Shown here: piece by piece, positions 1-11,318 of the stretch
Layout of the letters: every line of letters begins with the position of its first letter
How positions within the stretch are numbered: position 1 is the first letter of the stretch
From: an uncultured Verrucomicrobiae bacterium
Lineage (GTDB): Bacteria > Verrucomicrobiota > Verrucomicrobiia > Chthoniobacterales > UBA10450
Length of the DNA: 64,000 nt
Assembly (NCBI GenBank): GCA_963834385.1
Contig: CAWIBO010000005.1
Location: forward strand, 96,001 to 160,000
Direction: 5' to 3'
Made by a program: the position numbers and the translations under genes
The notes under the pieces: generated by a model
What the model was told of the DNA's origin: nothing
Seen by the model: the letters and a program-made list of their open reading frames with translations, nothing else
Databases searched by the model: none

Positions 1-154
1 GGGCGAGGCTGACGCTTTGGAACGATTGCACCAGGTTGAGCATCGAATTGCGACGGCGCTGCACGCGATAGTCGCGCACCTGGTAACCGGCAAAGACAAG
101 GCCGACCATCACAGCCAGCGCCTCGATGATGTCCGCCAGGCTGCCGATTTCCAT
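1..154 (-). CDS. 5' part of a hypothetical membrane-anchored protein (runs off the window edge)
   Basis: Read manually: ATG at 154 overlaps the peptidase TAA (TAATG); MEIGSLADIIEALAVMVGLVFAGYQVRDYR..., open to position 1, with an N-terminal hydrophobic helix. Confidence 0.6.
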   Translation of the reverse strand, partial: MEIGSLADIIEALAVMVGLVFAGYQVRDYRVQRRRNSMLNLVQSFQSVSLA

Positions 155-2185
155 TACTCGGGCCGGGCGGGAACGGTGGCGCCCTTTCGTTTGTTCAAGT
201 GCCGGTCGAGAAAGGCGAGGATCGCGGAGTAGGCGCGCAGCTCGTTGGTCTTTTTGGTGAAACCGTGGCCTTCGTCGTCGAAGACGATGTAATCGACAAC
301 GCCCTTTCGCTTTTTGATCGCTTCGACGATCTCATCCGATTCCGCCTTGAGGACGCGCGGGTCGTTTGCACCCTGCAGGACGAGGAGCGGCCGCTCGATC
401 TTGTCGGCGTGGAAGAGGGGTGAAACTTCGCGCAGGCGATCAAGATCCGTCTGCGGATCGCCGATCTCGCGGTAGAGGGCCTTGCGCTCCGCTTCCCAGT
501 AGGCGGGGATGCTTTCGAGGGTGCGAACCCAGTTGGAGACACCAAAGATATCGACCCCGGCGGCGAACTCCTGCGGCTGGAAAGCGAGGGCGGCCAGGAC
601 CATGTAACCGCCGTAGGAGCCGCCCATGATCGCGATGCGGTCGCCCTGCACGAAATCCCGGCCGGCGAGAAAGTTTTTCGCGGCCACGCAATCCCAGAGC
701 GGCTCGCGGCCGTGTTTGCGGTCGTCGGCGGTGAAGAAGGTCTTCCCGTAACCGCTGGAGCCGCGGTTGTTCACGTCGAGCACGGCGTAACCGTGATTGA
801 CCAAAAACTGGAGAAGGGCGCTGTAGGTCAGGCGGGCCTGGCCGCCGGGGCCGCCGTGGACATTGATGATGCCGGGCACCTTCTGCCGGGCGCCGGCGCC
901 GTGCGGCCGGTAAAGGTTGGCCGGAACTTCCAGGCCGTCGAACGACTTGAATCGGACCACGGTGGCCTGGACGAGGTGCGCCGGGTCGATGGCGGGATTC
1001 AGCGCGTTGGTCAGCCTGGTGGCGTTCTTTTTCGCGACGTCATAAGAGGTAAAGGTTCGAAGGCGAGCGCGAGCCGTTGTGGTAAAAGGCGATCTTTTCC
1101 TCGCTATCGGCAAAGCGGACGCCGGTGATGTCGCCATGGGGCAGGTCAGGGAGCGGCACGGTTTCGCCGGTGGCCGTTTCGTAGATCTTCACGCGGGTGC
1201 GGGCGTCCTCATTGATCGAGACCAGCCGGTATTTGCCCTGGCGCGAGAAGTAGGTCGCGACGATGTCCCACGAAGCCTTTTCCACCGTTTCGTGACGGTC
1301 CGTGGCGGGATCGTAGCGGGCGAGCCAGGAAAATTCCGAGTCGCGGTTGGTCAGGTAATAAAGCTGCGCGGTGCCGGGAGCGAAGGCCTGGGCGCTGTTC
1401 GCCATTTCACCCTCGTGCGGGGTGAGGTGCTTCATTTTCCGGCTCTCGACGTCGTAAAGGTAAACGTCCGAATCGGCCGTGGAGACGCCCGGCTTGTCGA
1501 AGGCGATGAAACGTTTGTCGGAGGAAATCGCGGCAAACTCGAAGCCCTCGTCATTCTGGTAAACCAGCGCACGTTTCAGGTCCGCCACCGTCATTTCGTA
1601 AACGTCGAAAAACTTCGGGTCCCGCTCGTTGGTGGCGAAGAAGAAGGATTTCCGGTCGTGGCTCCAGGTGAGGAAACGCGCCTTGGTCTTTTCGCCCGGG
1701 GTCAGGTCCGTTTCCTTGCCGTCCGGCCCGCGCAGGTAAAGGTGATCGTTCTCGTTGCCGCCCTTGTCGTAGGTGTAGAGGAAACGATCGTCATTCGGGA
1801 AAGCCGAGACGATGAAGGTGCTTTCCTTTTTGGAATCGGTCAGGCGGCGGGGCGTTCCCCCGGCCAGGGGCATGCGGTAAACGTTGAAGATGCCGCTGCG
1901 GTTGCTGTGGAAGAGGATCGCTTTCTCGTCGTGCGTGAAGGAGCCCCCGCCGACCTTCTCGGTGTCCATGAACTCCTCGATGGTGTAGCGCTTCACGCCG
2001 CCCAGGGCGGGCGCGAGGGCGGCTTCGAGATCGGCGCGTTCTTTGGTGATCAAGGCTTTACCGGTGACATCGGGCGTCTGCCCCGGCGAAGGCCGCTGGT
2101 TGACCTGCGCGCACAGGGGAACGCCGCTCATGATAACCAACAGCGCGATGAGGGCGAATCGCTTCTCTCTCAGGAACCCGGCCAT
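154..2185 (-). CDS. S9 family (prolyl oligopeptidase-like) serine peptidase, secreted; frameshift near 1045
   Basis: ORF 1040..2185 gives a signal peptide and beta-propeller; ORF 154..1137 gives VHGGPG, GGSYGG nucleophile, NDPRV and DEGHG motifs. Confidence 0.9.
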
Positions 2186-2563
2186 TCAGGAAGTGCCGCC
2201 GAGGAGATTCTCGATCGTCTCCGACATTTCATCGGTGGAGACCGGTTTTTTCAAGTAAGCGTCGCCGCAGGTGGCGACCGCCTCCTTGTGCTCGGCCTCG
2301 TCGCCATAGGCGGAGTAATAAAGGACCGGCGTGCCGGGGCGCACTTCGCTGAGCGAACGGCAGAGATCGATGCCGCTGCCGTCGGGCAGCCGGATATCCA
2401 GGATGAAGAGGTCGAAATCGATTTCGCGCGCGAGCGCCAGCGCCTCGGCGATCGAGCCGGCCGTCATCACGCCATAGCCGCAATCGCCCAGGAGCGCCGC
2501 CATGAGGAGACGCGTGTCCTGGTGATCGTCCACGTGAAGAATTCGCGCGCGGGTCGTTTTCAT
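2186..2563 (-). CDS. single-domain response regulator (receiver)
   Basis: ILHVDD...LFILDIRLPDGSG...YSA...KKP receiver motifs; ATG at 2563. Confidence 0.9.
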   Translation of the reverse strand: MKTTRARILHVDDHQDTRLLMAALLGDCGYGVMTAGSIAEALALAREIDFDLFILDIRLPDGSGIDLCRSLSEVRPGTPVLYYSAYGDEAEHKEAVATCGDAYLKKPVSTDEMSETIENLLGGTS

Positions 2564-2651
2564 GCGGGCCTGCGTTACCAATAACGGGGAGGCGCGGCCA
2601 AGTCTCTTAAAAAACGCGTGCACCCGGGGCGGGGGCGGCTAAGGACGAGCT

Positions 2652-3791
2652 GTGCATTATCGCGTGGCGGTGGTTGGGCTTGGTTCCATGGGCAGTGCCG
2701 TGCTGGCGCATTGCGCGGGGCGCGGCGGCCCGGTGATCGGCTTTGAGCAATTCGAGCGCGGGCACGAGCTGGGGGCGTTCGCCGGGCGTTCCCGGCTGAT
2801 CCGCAAAGCCTATTTCGAGGACCCGGCCTACGTGCCGCTGCTGCAACGGGCTTATGCGCTCTGGCGCGAGCTGGAACGCGAGACCGCGACCGACCTTCTC
2901 ACGATCACCGGCGTTTTGCTGGCCGGGATTCCGGAATCGGAGGTGCTGGCCGGGTCGCAGCGGGCGGCCGCGCTGCACGATTTGCCGGTCGAGACGCTGG
3001 CGACGGCGGAACTGCGGGAGCGTTATCCGATGCTGGCGGTGGAGGAAGGGGAGATTGGCGTACTGGAGGAGGAAGCCGGCGTGCTGCGCCCGGAAGCGGC
3101 GGTGGAGGCCCATCTCCGGCTGGCGGAACAGCGCGGGGCGGAGATGCGCTTCGGTGTAGCGGTGCACGGGTGGTCTCCCGGCGCGCGGGGTTTCGCGCTG
3201 AACTGCGGCGGGGAAACGGTGACGGCGGACGCGCTTGTCCTGACCATGGGCCCCTGGTTCGGCGAAGTCATGCAGTCGGTCGGGGTGCGACTCCGGGTGC
3301 AGCGCAACGTGCAGGCGTGGTTCGCCCCGGCGAGCCCGGCCTTTGGCGCCGGCAGGTTTCCCGGGTTCCTGATCGATCGCCCCGGGTTTCCGGCGCCGCT
3401 TTACGGGTTCCCGGATTTCGGGGAAGGGGTGAAAGCCGCGTTTCACGGCCACGGCGAGGAGGTTGATCCGACGAGGGTGGACCGGGTGATCGACCAGGAG
3501 CGCGATATCAAGCCGATTGCCGCGGCGCTGGAAGCGTGGATGCCGGGCGCGGCCCATCGTTTTCAGCGAGGCAAGGTGTGTCTCTACGCGCTGACGCCGG
3601 ACGAACATTTCGTGGTCGACCGCCATCCCGCGCACCGGCAGGTGATTTTGTGCGGCGGCTTTTCCGGGCACGGCTTCAAGTTTGCGCCCGTGATCGGGGA
3701 GATCGCGAGCCAGCTTGTTTTCGAGGAAGCGACGCCGCACCCGATCGAGTTTCTTTCGCTCCGCCGCTTCGGGGGAAAGACCGGGGCGTGA
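2652..3791 (+). CDS. solA: N-methyl-L-tryptophan/monomeric sarcosine oxidase family flavoprotein
   Basis: GLGSMG FAD motif, SRLIRKAYFED, CLYALTPDEHF (covalent FAD Cys), GFSGHGFKFAP. Confidence 0.85.
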   Translation: MHYRVAVVGLGSMGSAVLAHCAGRGGPVIGFEQFERGHELGAFAGRSRLIRKAYFEDPAYVPLLQRAYALWRELERETATDLLTITGVLLAGIPESEVLAGSQRAAALHDLPVETLATAELRERYPMLAVEEGEIGVLEEEAGVLRPEAAVEAHLRLAEQRGAEMRFGVAVHGWSPGARGFALNCGGETVTADALVLTMGPWFGEVMQSVGVRLRVQRNVQAWFAPASPAFGAGRFPGFLIDRPGFPAPLYGFPDFGEGVKAAFHGHGEEVDPTRVDRVIDQERDIKPIAAALEAWMPGAAHRFQRGKVCLYALTPDEHFVVDRHPAHRQVILCGGFSGHGFKFAPVIGEIASQLVFEEATPHPIEFLSLRRFGGKTGA

Positions 3792-3900
3792 GCCTGGCGA
3801 ATGTTTTGGTTTGGCCCTGCGCGGTTAAGGCCCTTGCCTTCCGGGGCTCGCTTTCCGAGAATGGTGCCGGGGCCGCACCCTCCAACGGCTTACGTTTAAC

Positions 3901-5881
3901 ATGCCGGGCCTCTTCGCCGAACTGAAACGACGGAACGTCTACAAGGTGGGCGTGACTTACGCCGTCGTCGCGTGGCTCATCATCCAGGTCGTGACCTCGA
4001 CCTTCCCGGTGCTCGAGCTGCCGAACTGGGCCACCAAGCTGATCGTCGTCCTCGCGGTGCTCGGTTTCCCTGTGGCCGTCATCCTCGCCTGGGCCTTTGA
4101 AATGACGCCGACCGGAATCCAGCGAGCGCGGCCCTCCGATCCTCTCCAGCCATCAGGACGCGGCGGGCGGGCCTGGATATTCGTCGTGCTGGGCGCCGCC
4201 ACCGCTTCCCTGGCCATTTTTTTCCTTGGGCGGATGACGGCGCCGCCGGTGCCGTTGGCTGCGCCGGTCACCCACGAGAAATCGATCGCGGTGCTTCCTT
4301 TCGCCAATCTCAGCGAAGAGGTGGATAACGCCTATTTTGCGGACGGCATCCAGGACGAGATCCTGGCGCGGCTGAGCAAGATCGGAGACCTGAAGGTGAT
4401 CTCGCGAACGTCCACCCAGAAATACCGCGGCAAACCGGAGAATCTCCGGGCGATTGCGCAGGAACTCGGGGTGGCGAACATCCTGGAAGGTTCCGTGCGC
4501 AAAGTGGGCGACCAGGTGCGGGTGACCGTGCAGTTGATCAACGCGCTGAGCGACACCCATCTTTGGGCCGAGACCTACGAACGCAAGCTGCTTGATGTCT
4601 TTGCGGTGGAACGGGAGGTCGCGGAACGGATCGCCTCCACGCTCGAGGTCACGATGACCGGCCGCGAGAAGGCGGCGATCGCGCAAATTCCGACGCAAAA
4701 CCCGGAGGCTTACGACGCCTATCTGCGGGCCATCGCCCTGGATTCGTCACAAACCGGCGAGCGCACCGAGGAAGCCGTGATGTCGTTTCGGCGCGCGGTT
4801 GAGCTTGATCCGGATTTCGCCCTGGCCTGGGCAGGCCTGGCGCATCGCGAGGCTTTCCGTTATCAGGTGCGCGAACGGACCGAGGAGCAGCACGACCCTG
4901 GCCCGGGCCGCGGCCGAACGCGCGCTGCAGCTGCAGCCCCAGTCTCCCGAGTCGCTCGCGGCCATGGCCTCCTATCTTTACTACGTGAAGCGGGATTACG
5001 AGGGCGCCCTCGTCCGCCTCGAGGAAGCGCGGGCCCTCGCCCCGGGGCGGACCCTTGTCATCATGCTGACGGGACTGATCAAGCGCCGCCAGGGCCATCT
5101 CGATGAATGCATCGAGCTGATGCAACAGGCCGGTGTGCTTGATCCAAGGAACAACGACATCTGGATGAACCTGGCGCGGACCTATCGCGCCCAGGGACGC
5201 TTCAAGGAAGCGCACGCCATCTTTGATCGGGCCATCGTGATTGCGCCGGATGAGCCGGAGATCATCGGGGAGAAGGCGGAAAACTTTCTGGCCGCAGGCG
5301 AACTTGAAGCGGCCGGGGATTTTCTCGGGCGATATCCTGTCGCGCTAACCGGAAAGGTCTTTGAACCAGTTCTTCTCACGCTGCTGCGCCGCGACTTTCC
5401 GAACGCGCTCTCCCGCCTCGAACAAAAGGTGGAGGGCGAGCCGGCGCGCATAAAGCTGGCGGCGCGACTCGAGGGCGCGCGAATCAAACAGATCACGGGC
5501 AACGGCGCGGAAGCGCGGCCCATCTTCCAGGCCATCCGCGCGGAGGTGGAACAGTTGCAGACGGCAGGCGATCGCCATCAGCACCTGCGGGCGCAGTTAA
5601 TCGAGAGCGCGGCCTGGCTGGGTGATGCGGCCACGGTCGAGCGGGAACTCCCGGGTTATCTCGAGGAAGCCGAGAAAGACAAATGGACAGAGCCGCTGGC
5701 GGAGGAAACGGCCGCGATCGCGTTCGTGGCTCTCGGGCAGCTTGAGCGGGCGCTGCCGCATCTCGAGAAAGCGCTCAAGCCCTCCGCCCAGGGGCTGACG
5801 CCCGCTTATCTTCGCCTCGATTACAGATGGGACTCGGTCCGGCATCATCCCCGTTTCCAGGAACTGGCCTCGGGGAAATGA
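3901..5881 (+). CDS. membrane-anchored TolB-like/adenylate-cyclase-associated TPR protein; frameshift near 4895
   Basis: LFAELKRRNVYKV start, TM helices, KSIAVLPFANLS...YFADGIQDEIL domain in 3901..5106; TPRs and WDSVRHHPRFQEL tail in 4799..5881. Confidence 0.85.
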
Positions 5882-6576
5882 ATTTTTGGATCGGCACCTC
5901 CGGGTTCCAATACAAGGAATGGAAGGGGACGTTTTACCCGGAGGACCTGGCGGTGGCGAAGATGCTGCCGTATTACGCGGAGCGTTTTGGCACGACCGAG
6001 ATCAATTACTCGTTTCATCGCATCCCGAGCGCGAAGACGATTGACGGCTGGTTCAAGGCCACGCCCGACCGGTTCCGGTTCAGCCTGAAGGCGCCGCAGA
6101 AGGTGACCCATTTCGCCCGTCTGCGGAATTGCGGCGACACCATGCGCTACTTCGCGCAGGTGGCCGGCGACCTCGAAGCGAAACTGGGGCCGGTGTTGCT
6201 CCAACTCCCGCCCAACCTGAAGAAGGACGTCGTTCTCCTGCGCGAATTCCTGGTCGAAACGCCCCCGTCGCTCCGGCTCGCCTTCGAGTTCCGGCATGAG
6301 TCATGGCTCGACGACGAGGTTTACCAGGCGCTCCGGGAGAGAAACGCCGCGCTTTGCCTCGCCGAGAGCGAGAAACTTTCCACCCCGGTCGTGCCCACGG
6401 CGGATTTCGGTTATGTCCGTCTGCGACGGGAGGATTACGGACCGGCGGAGGTGAAAAGCTGGACCGAGAGGATCAGGTCCGTCGCCGGCTGGACGGAGGT
6501 GTTCGTCTACTTCAAGCACGAGGAGAGCGGCACCGGTCCCCGGCTCGCGGCGCAGATGCTTGAGCTGTTGGAGTAA
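5878..6576 (+). CDS. DUF72 (YecE) family protein
   Basis: IGTSGFQY..W...FYP, EINYSFHR, LLQLPP, FEFRHESW; ATG overlaps upstream TGA. Confidence 0.9.
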   Translation: MNFWIGTSGFQYKEWKGTFYPEDLAVAKMLPYYAERFGTTEINYSFHRIPSAKTIDGWFKATPDRFRFSLKAPQKVTHFARLRNCGDTMRYFAQVAGDLEAKLGPVLLQLPPNLKKDVVLLREFLVETPPSLRLAFEFRHESWLDDEVYQALRERNAALCLAESEKLSTPVVPTADFGYVRLRREDYGPAEVKSWTERIRSVAGWTEVFVYFKHEESGTGPRLAAQMLELLE

Positions 6577-6623
6577 CTGAGTGGTGGTGTGGGGCGAGCA
6601 GCGCGCGTAAGCGGCGCACAGGG

Positions 6624-6797
6624 CCCGTCATCCCGAGCCGCGCAGACGGCGAGGGACCTCGCGCATGGGGCTCCACCCCCGGGTTACGCGGAAGGTGGTG
6701 CCGGTGCGTGGGAAGCGTTGCTGCCTCTCACCGCTATTTCTGCGGACGTCGCGGCACGTTCTTCGCGGGGTCCCTCGCTGGCGCTCGGGATGACGGG
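6624..6797. repeat. REP-like inverted-repeat element between convergent genes
   Basis: cccgtcatcccgagc (6624-6638) is the exact reverse complement of 6783-6797; inner pair gcgagggacc (6649-6658) / ggtccctcgc (6769-6778). Confidence 0.8.
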
Positions 6798-6835
6798 GGC
6801 GCGCGGCCGGGCCGCGATCAACGGCCTAACGCGCC

Positions 6836-7684
6836 TCAGGCCGCGACGCGCCGCTTCTGCTTTACCAGCGCGGCGGTCGAGCGCGTGCGTGGTGCGCTCT
6901 TTTTTGGCTTCGTCGTCTGGGCGCGGTTCAGGCTGTCCTGCAGGACTTTGACCAGGTCGACCACGTTGGTCGTGCGTGCCTTGGGCGCGGGCGGCGTGGC
7001 GATCTCCTCGTCCCTGGCCTTCGACTCGATGAGTTCCATGACCGCCTCGCGGTACTCGTCCTTGTATTTCTCCGGCTCCCACGGCACCGACATGCTTTCG
7101 ATCAAGGTCTGCGCCATTTTCAGTTCCTTGTCGGTGATGGCGCCCTTCGGGGTCGCGCTCAGCTCCGAGGGCGAAAGAATCTCCTGGGCGAAATGCATCA
7201 ACTCGAGGATCAGGAAAAGTCCATCGGGCTTGACCGAGGCGAGGTGCTCGCGCTTGCTGATCACGACCTTGGCGATGCCGATCTTGCCGGTGCCAGTGAG
7301 CGCCTTGTGCAGGAGAGCATAGGCTTTCTCGCCCCCTTTCTGCGGCTCAAGGAAGTAGGGCTTGTAGAAAAACTTGGGGTCCACCTGGTCGATCTCCACG
7401 AAATCGCTGATGTCGATCGAATGGGTGGACTCGATGCGGACCTTCTCGAAATCCTCCTCGTTCATGATCACGTATTTGCCGCGCTCGTACTCGTAACCCT
7501 TCACGATCTGGTCGGCCGCGACCTCCTTCATGTCGGCGTCGGCGACTTTCTTGTAGCGGATCGGGCTGAGATCGCTCCGGCGGAGCTGGCGGAAACTGAT
7601 CTTTTCCTCGCGGGTGGCGGGGTAAACGGCGATCGGGATGTAAACCAACCCGAAGGAGATGCTGCCTTTCCAGATGGGACGCAT
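6836..7684 (-). CDS. ku: NHEJ Ku protein
   Basis: MRPIWKGSISFGLVYIP, IVKGYEY, VVDLVKVLQDSL, basic C-terminal tail. Confidence 0.95.
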   Translation of the reverse strand: MRPIWKGSISFGLVYIPIAVYPATREEKISFRQLRRSDLSPIRYKKVADADMKEVAADQIVKGYEYERGKYVIMNEEDFEKVRIESTHSIDISDFVEIDQVDPKFFYKPYFLEPQKGGEKAYALLHKALTGTGKIGIAKVVISKREHLASVKPDGLFLILELMHFAQEILSPSELSATPKGAITDKELKMAQTLIESMSVPWEPEKYKDEYREAVMELIESKARDEEIATPPAPKARTTNVVDLVKVLQDSLNRAQTTKPKKSAPRTRSTAALVKQKRRVAA

Positions 7685-7700
7685 AATAGTCGGTGGGGAA

Positions 7701-7732
7701 GTTATTTACAGTTATTCACAAGGGGATGTCAA
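7701..7732 (-). promoter_or_regulatory. candidate ku promoter: TTGACA -35 plus tandem GTTATT(T/C)ACA repeats
   Basis: tgtcaa at 7727-7732 reads TTGACA on the minus strand; 10-bp direct repeats at 7701-7710 and 7711-7720. Confidence 0.45.
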
Positions 7733-7770
7733 TGGCTCTGCAGAGCCAGGATCGTGCCGCCCCGTCTCCC

Positions 7771-8016
7771 TCACAGTTCCACCATGGTAACAATGAGCAA
7801 CACCGCCGCGTGCAGCAGGACCAAAATCACCATCCACATGCGCAAGTTCCCCGCCGCGGGACTGTCTACCCCCGGGTCCGCCCCGCGCCCGCTGAAAATG
7901 CGCTCGCGATGCCGGATAAAATAGACCGCGGCGCCGATCACCACCGCCAGGAGCAGGCCGAAAAAGATGCGCAGCCCCGTCGCTGAACCGCTCAAGGCGG
8001 CGAAAATGTCCGTCAT
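7771..8016 (-). CDS. small hypothetical membrane protein (2 TM)
   Basis: 81-aa ORF with two hydrophobic helices, co-oriented with neighbours. Confidence 0.6.
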   Translation of the reverse strand: MTDIFAALSGSATGLRIFFGLLLAVVIGAAVYFIRHRERIFSGRGADPGVDSPAAGNLRMWMVILVLLHAAVLLIVTMVEL

Positions 8017-8040
8017 TCCGGTTCTCTACCGCAGGATCGG

Positions 8041-8875
8041 TCAGAATTCATGTCGCATGAAGAACTGGTTCAGCTCCTCGCGCCCGAACCCGAGCGGGCG
8101 GCAGAGTTCTTCGCCCATTCCCTCCGGGAAAATGGCCGGCATGAAGAATTCACGCTCCGGGAAGCGCTGGATGACGGCGGCGAGCAAATCCTGGCGTTGC
8201 GCCGGCCCGGAGGTGTCGGTGGAAAGAACGCCCCGGATTTGCACCGGTGAAGCCGCCGGGTCGCTGATGACGAGGCGTTCGCTCCCGTGGCGAAAGGCGC
8301 GGGCGCCGGGGAGCCGGGCGAGGCCGTAGCGGGAGATTTGCCAGGGAATGGCGGGGAAATCGTCCGGCACCGGATCCTGCAGCGCGGTCAGCGTCGGGAT
8401 CTCCTCGATTTCGGGAAGCGCGTCGGCACGCGGCACCGGGCCGGCCGGCCGTCGCCAGGCGTAGAGCCGGCAAATTTCGAGAAAACCATGGCGGCGATAA
8501 AGTCTTAGGGCCGGTTCGTTTTGTTCGAACACCTCGAGCACCATGGCCCGGTCGCCGCGGAGTTTTGCCTCATCGAGCAGATGACCGAGAAGGGCGGCAG
8601 TGGTCCCGGTGCGCCGCGCCGCGGGCACGGTGCCCATGGCGGCGAGGCGGGAGACATCACCCGTGCGCGTGATGTAGCCGAACGAACCCGGCGCGCTCCC
8701 CGTGCCGGGCGAAACGGCTGTAGAAAATATCCGCTCCCTGCGCCATGAGGAAGCGGGCGAACCCGGGGGCGTCGAGCTCGTGAAACCCGGCGAGATAACC
8801 GGCAAACGCTTCGTTGAAAATCCTGTTCTGCGCGGCCAGCGGGACTTCGCAGGCCGGGATGATTTCAGTCGGCAT
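8041..8875 (-). CDS. GNAT family N-acetyltransferase; frameshift near 8690
   Basis: N-terminus MPTEIIPA...FNEAFAGY (8657..8875) continues in another frame with AMGTVPAARRTG, LEVFEQNEPALRLYRRHGF. Confidence 0.8.
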
Positions 8876-8944
8876 AAGCGGACATTAAACGGCGGTGCGG
8901 CGAATGGCGCTGCGTTTTTGCCGGAATCAAGGCATCCTGGGAAG

Positions 8945-11244
8945 GTGCGCGCGCTCCGGATCATTCTGCTTCTCCCCGCCCTGCTCGCGGTGGCAGGGCC
9001 GACGGCGCCGCCAGCCCCATCCCCGTTTCCGTGGCGGGGCGAACCGGGCCGACGGGAAAGCGTCAGCGAGATCATGCAAAGGGGGAAAACGGAAGAAGCG
9101 CGTCCCGCCCTGATGCGGGCGGAGTTCGAGGCGGCCCCGCCGTCGCGATCGGCCCGGCGGAAGAACGCGACCGCGCTGGTGGCAAAGGAACCGAAGGTGC
9201 AAGCCACGCCCGGGACGGGCCTCAGTTTTGATGCCGTGACCTATCCGGACGCGGCCACGGTCCCGCCTGACAGCATGGGCGATCTCGGCCCGGAGCAATT
9301 TCTAATCTGTGTGAACGGTCGTATCCGGACCTTTGACCGGGCCGGCCAGCCGGACGGGGTGCTCGACACCACGACTTCCAACTTTTTCGAGGCGGTGCGG
9401 GGCGAGGGGCAGACCGCCGATCCGCGGGTGCGCTACGACAAACTGAGCGGGCGCTGGTTCATCTCGATGCTTTCCTACGAAGGCCCGACCCGCATCGTGC
9501 TGGCGGTGAGCGCAGGGCCGGTCGCTTTCCGCGGCGACCGATTTCACCTTTTTCCAGTTCGGGTTCTCGCTCGTGGGCCCGACGCCCAACTCCGACACGG
9601 GGAGCTTTTTCGATTTCGACACCCTCGGGATCGACCGGCACGCGCTTTACATCGGGGGGAATGTCTTCTCGCCGCAGAGCCATCCGCCGCCCTACGTGGG
9701 TTCAACCGGTTTCGTGGTGAACAAGGCGGCGTTGCTGGGCGGCAACCTGGTGGTGACCGCTTTTCGCCAGATGGCGCAGCCCCGCCGGGGGCGGACCGTT
9801 CGCGCCGCAGGGCGTTGATCATGACGATCCCGCGGCGACGGAAGGATACTTTATCGGCACGGACGTTTCCTCGAGCGACCACCTGATCATTCGCCGGGTG
9901 CATGATCCGGGCGGGACACCGTCGCTCTCGGCGAACATCGCGGTGCCGATCCCGGCCACGGTGCCACCGATGGGAGGCGTGCCCGCGCTCGGCAGCAGTC
10001 ATCCGCTGGCCGATCTGGACGACCGGCTGTTTCAGGCGCGTTTGCATCGGGGACGTCTGGTGACCGGGCATAACATCGAAGTGGACGGGAACGGGGCGGC
10101 GGACAGTGTCGGCGGGCGCAATGGCGTGCGCTGGTATGAGATCGTGAACCTTTCCGGCACGCCGATGCTGGCGCAGGCCGGGACACTTTTTGATTCCGCC
10201 GCGACCAACCCGCGCAGCTACTGGATGGGATCGGGCGCGATCTCCGGGCAGGGACACATTGCGCTCGCCGCCAATGCCGCGGCGCCGGACGAATACCCGC
10301 AGGTGGCGGCGGCGCTGCATCTTGCTTCCGAGGCGGCGGGGACCCTGGGGCCGCCGGCGATCGTGCAAACCGCGACGGCCAACTGCAATGACCTGATGGA
10401 CCAGTTCAACCAGCATCGCTGGGGCGATTATTCCACGATGACGGTCGATCCCAAGGACGACATGACCTTCTGGACCATGCAGGAGTATGCGATTGCCCCG
10501 GACGCCTGGGCGGTGCGCGTGATTGAGTTAAAGGCGCCGCCGCCGGCCATTCCGGAAACGGCTTCCCCGGCCGCGCTCGCCCAGGGCGAGTTCGAGACCG
10601 AGGTCGAGGTCATTGGCGCCGCCGCCGACGGCAGCGGCTTTTTTGATCCGGGCCCCTCCTTTCCCAACCGGCTCCATGCTGCCGTCGGGGGCGGCGACGT
10701 CACGGTGCATTCCGTTACCTGGATCGATCCCACGCATTTCAAGATGAAGATTTCCGTGGCGCCGAGTGCTGCGCCCGGCTCGCGCACCGTTTCGGTGACA
10801 AATCCCGATGGGCAGGCTCGCGCCAGCAACGGGCCCCTGCTGGAGATCCAGGTGCCGACAGACAGCGATGCCGACGGCATCCCGGACTGGTGGATGAACC
10901 GCTTTTTTGGTCATCCCTCCGGCGAAGCCGGTGACAAGTCGGAAGCGGAGTCCGATGCGGACGGCGACGGGTTCAGCAACGGGGAGGAGTTCCGGGCGCG
11001 GACCGACCCGACCGATCCGGCGAGCGCGTTCCGGATCGTGTCGGTGCAACGGGAGGGAACGGCGGTGCTGGTGACCTTTCGCAGCGCGGCCGGGCTGAGC
11101 TACCGGCTGGAAGCGAAGACGACCGTGAACGCGCCGATGTGGGAAACGGTGACGGACAACGTCGCCGGCGGAGAGAACCAGACCGTGGTGACGGACCCGG
11201 CGGCGGGCAGCGCGAAGTTTTATCGCGTGGTGCTGCGGGAGTAG
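8945..11244 (+). CDS. secreted protein with IPT/Ig-like domain and DxDxDG C-terminal module; at least 2 frameshifts (~9525, ~9790)
   Basis: Signal peptide VRALRIILLLPALLAVAG; PPDSMGD, DPRVRYDKLSGRWF, RWGDYS, VTNPDG, DSDADGIPDWW spread over three frames. Confidence 0.7.
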
Positions 11245-11318
11245 CGACCGGCCCGGACATGCGGAAGCATGTCCCTCCGTGGGGGGACGCGCTTCCGCGC
11301 GTCCAGCTTGGGTGGCTG

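Noticed and set aside
2652..3791. solA as part of the Trp salvage system
   Set aside because: 22 kb away, and substrate (sarcosine versus N-methyltryptophan) cannot be assigned from sequence.
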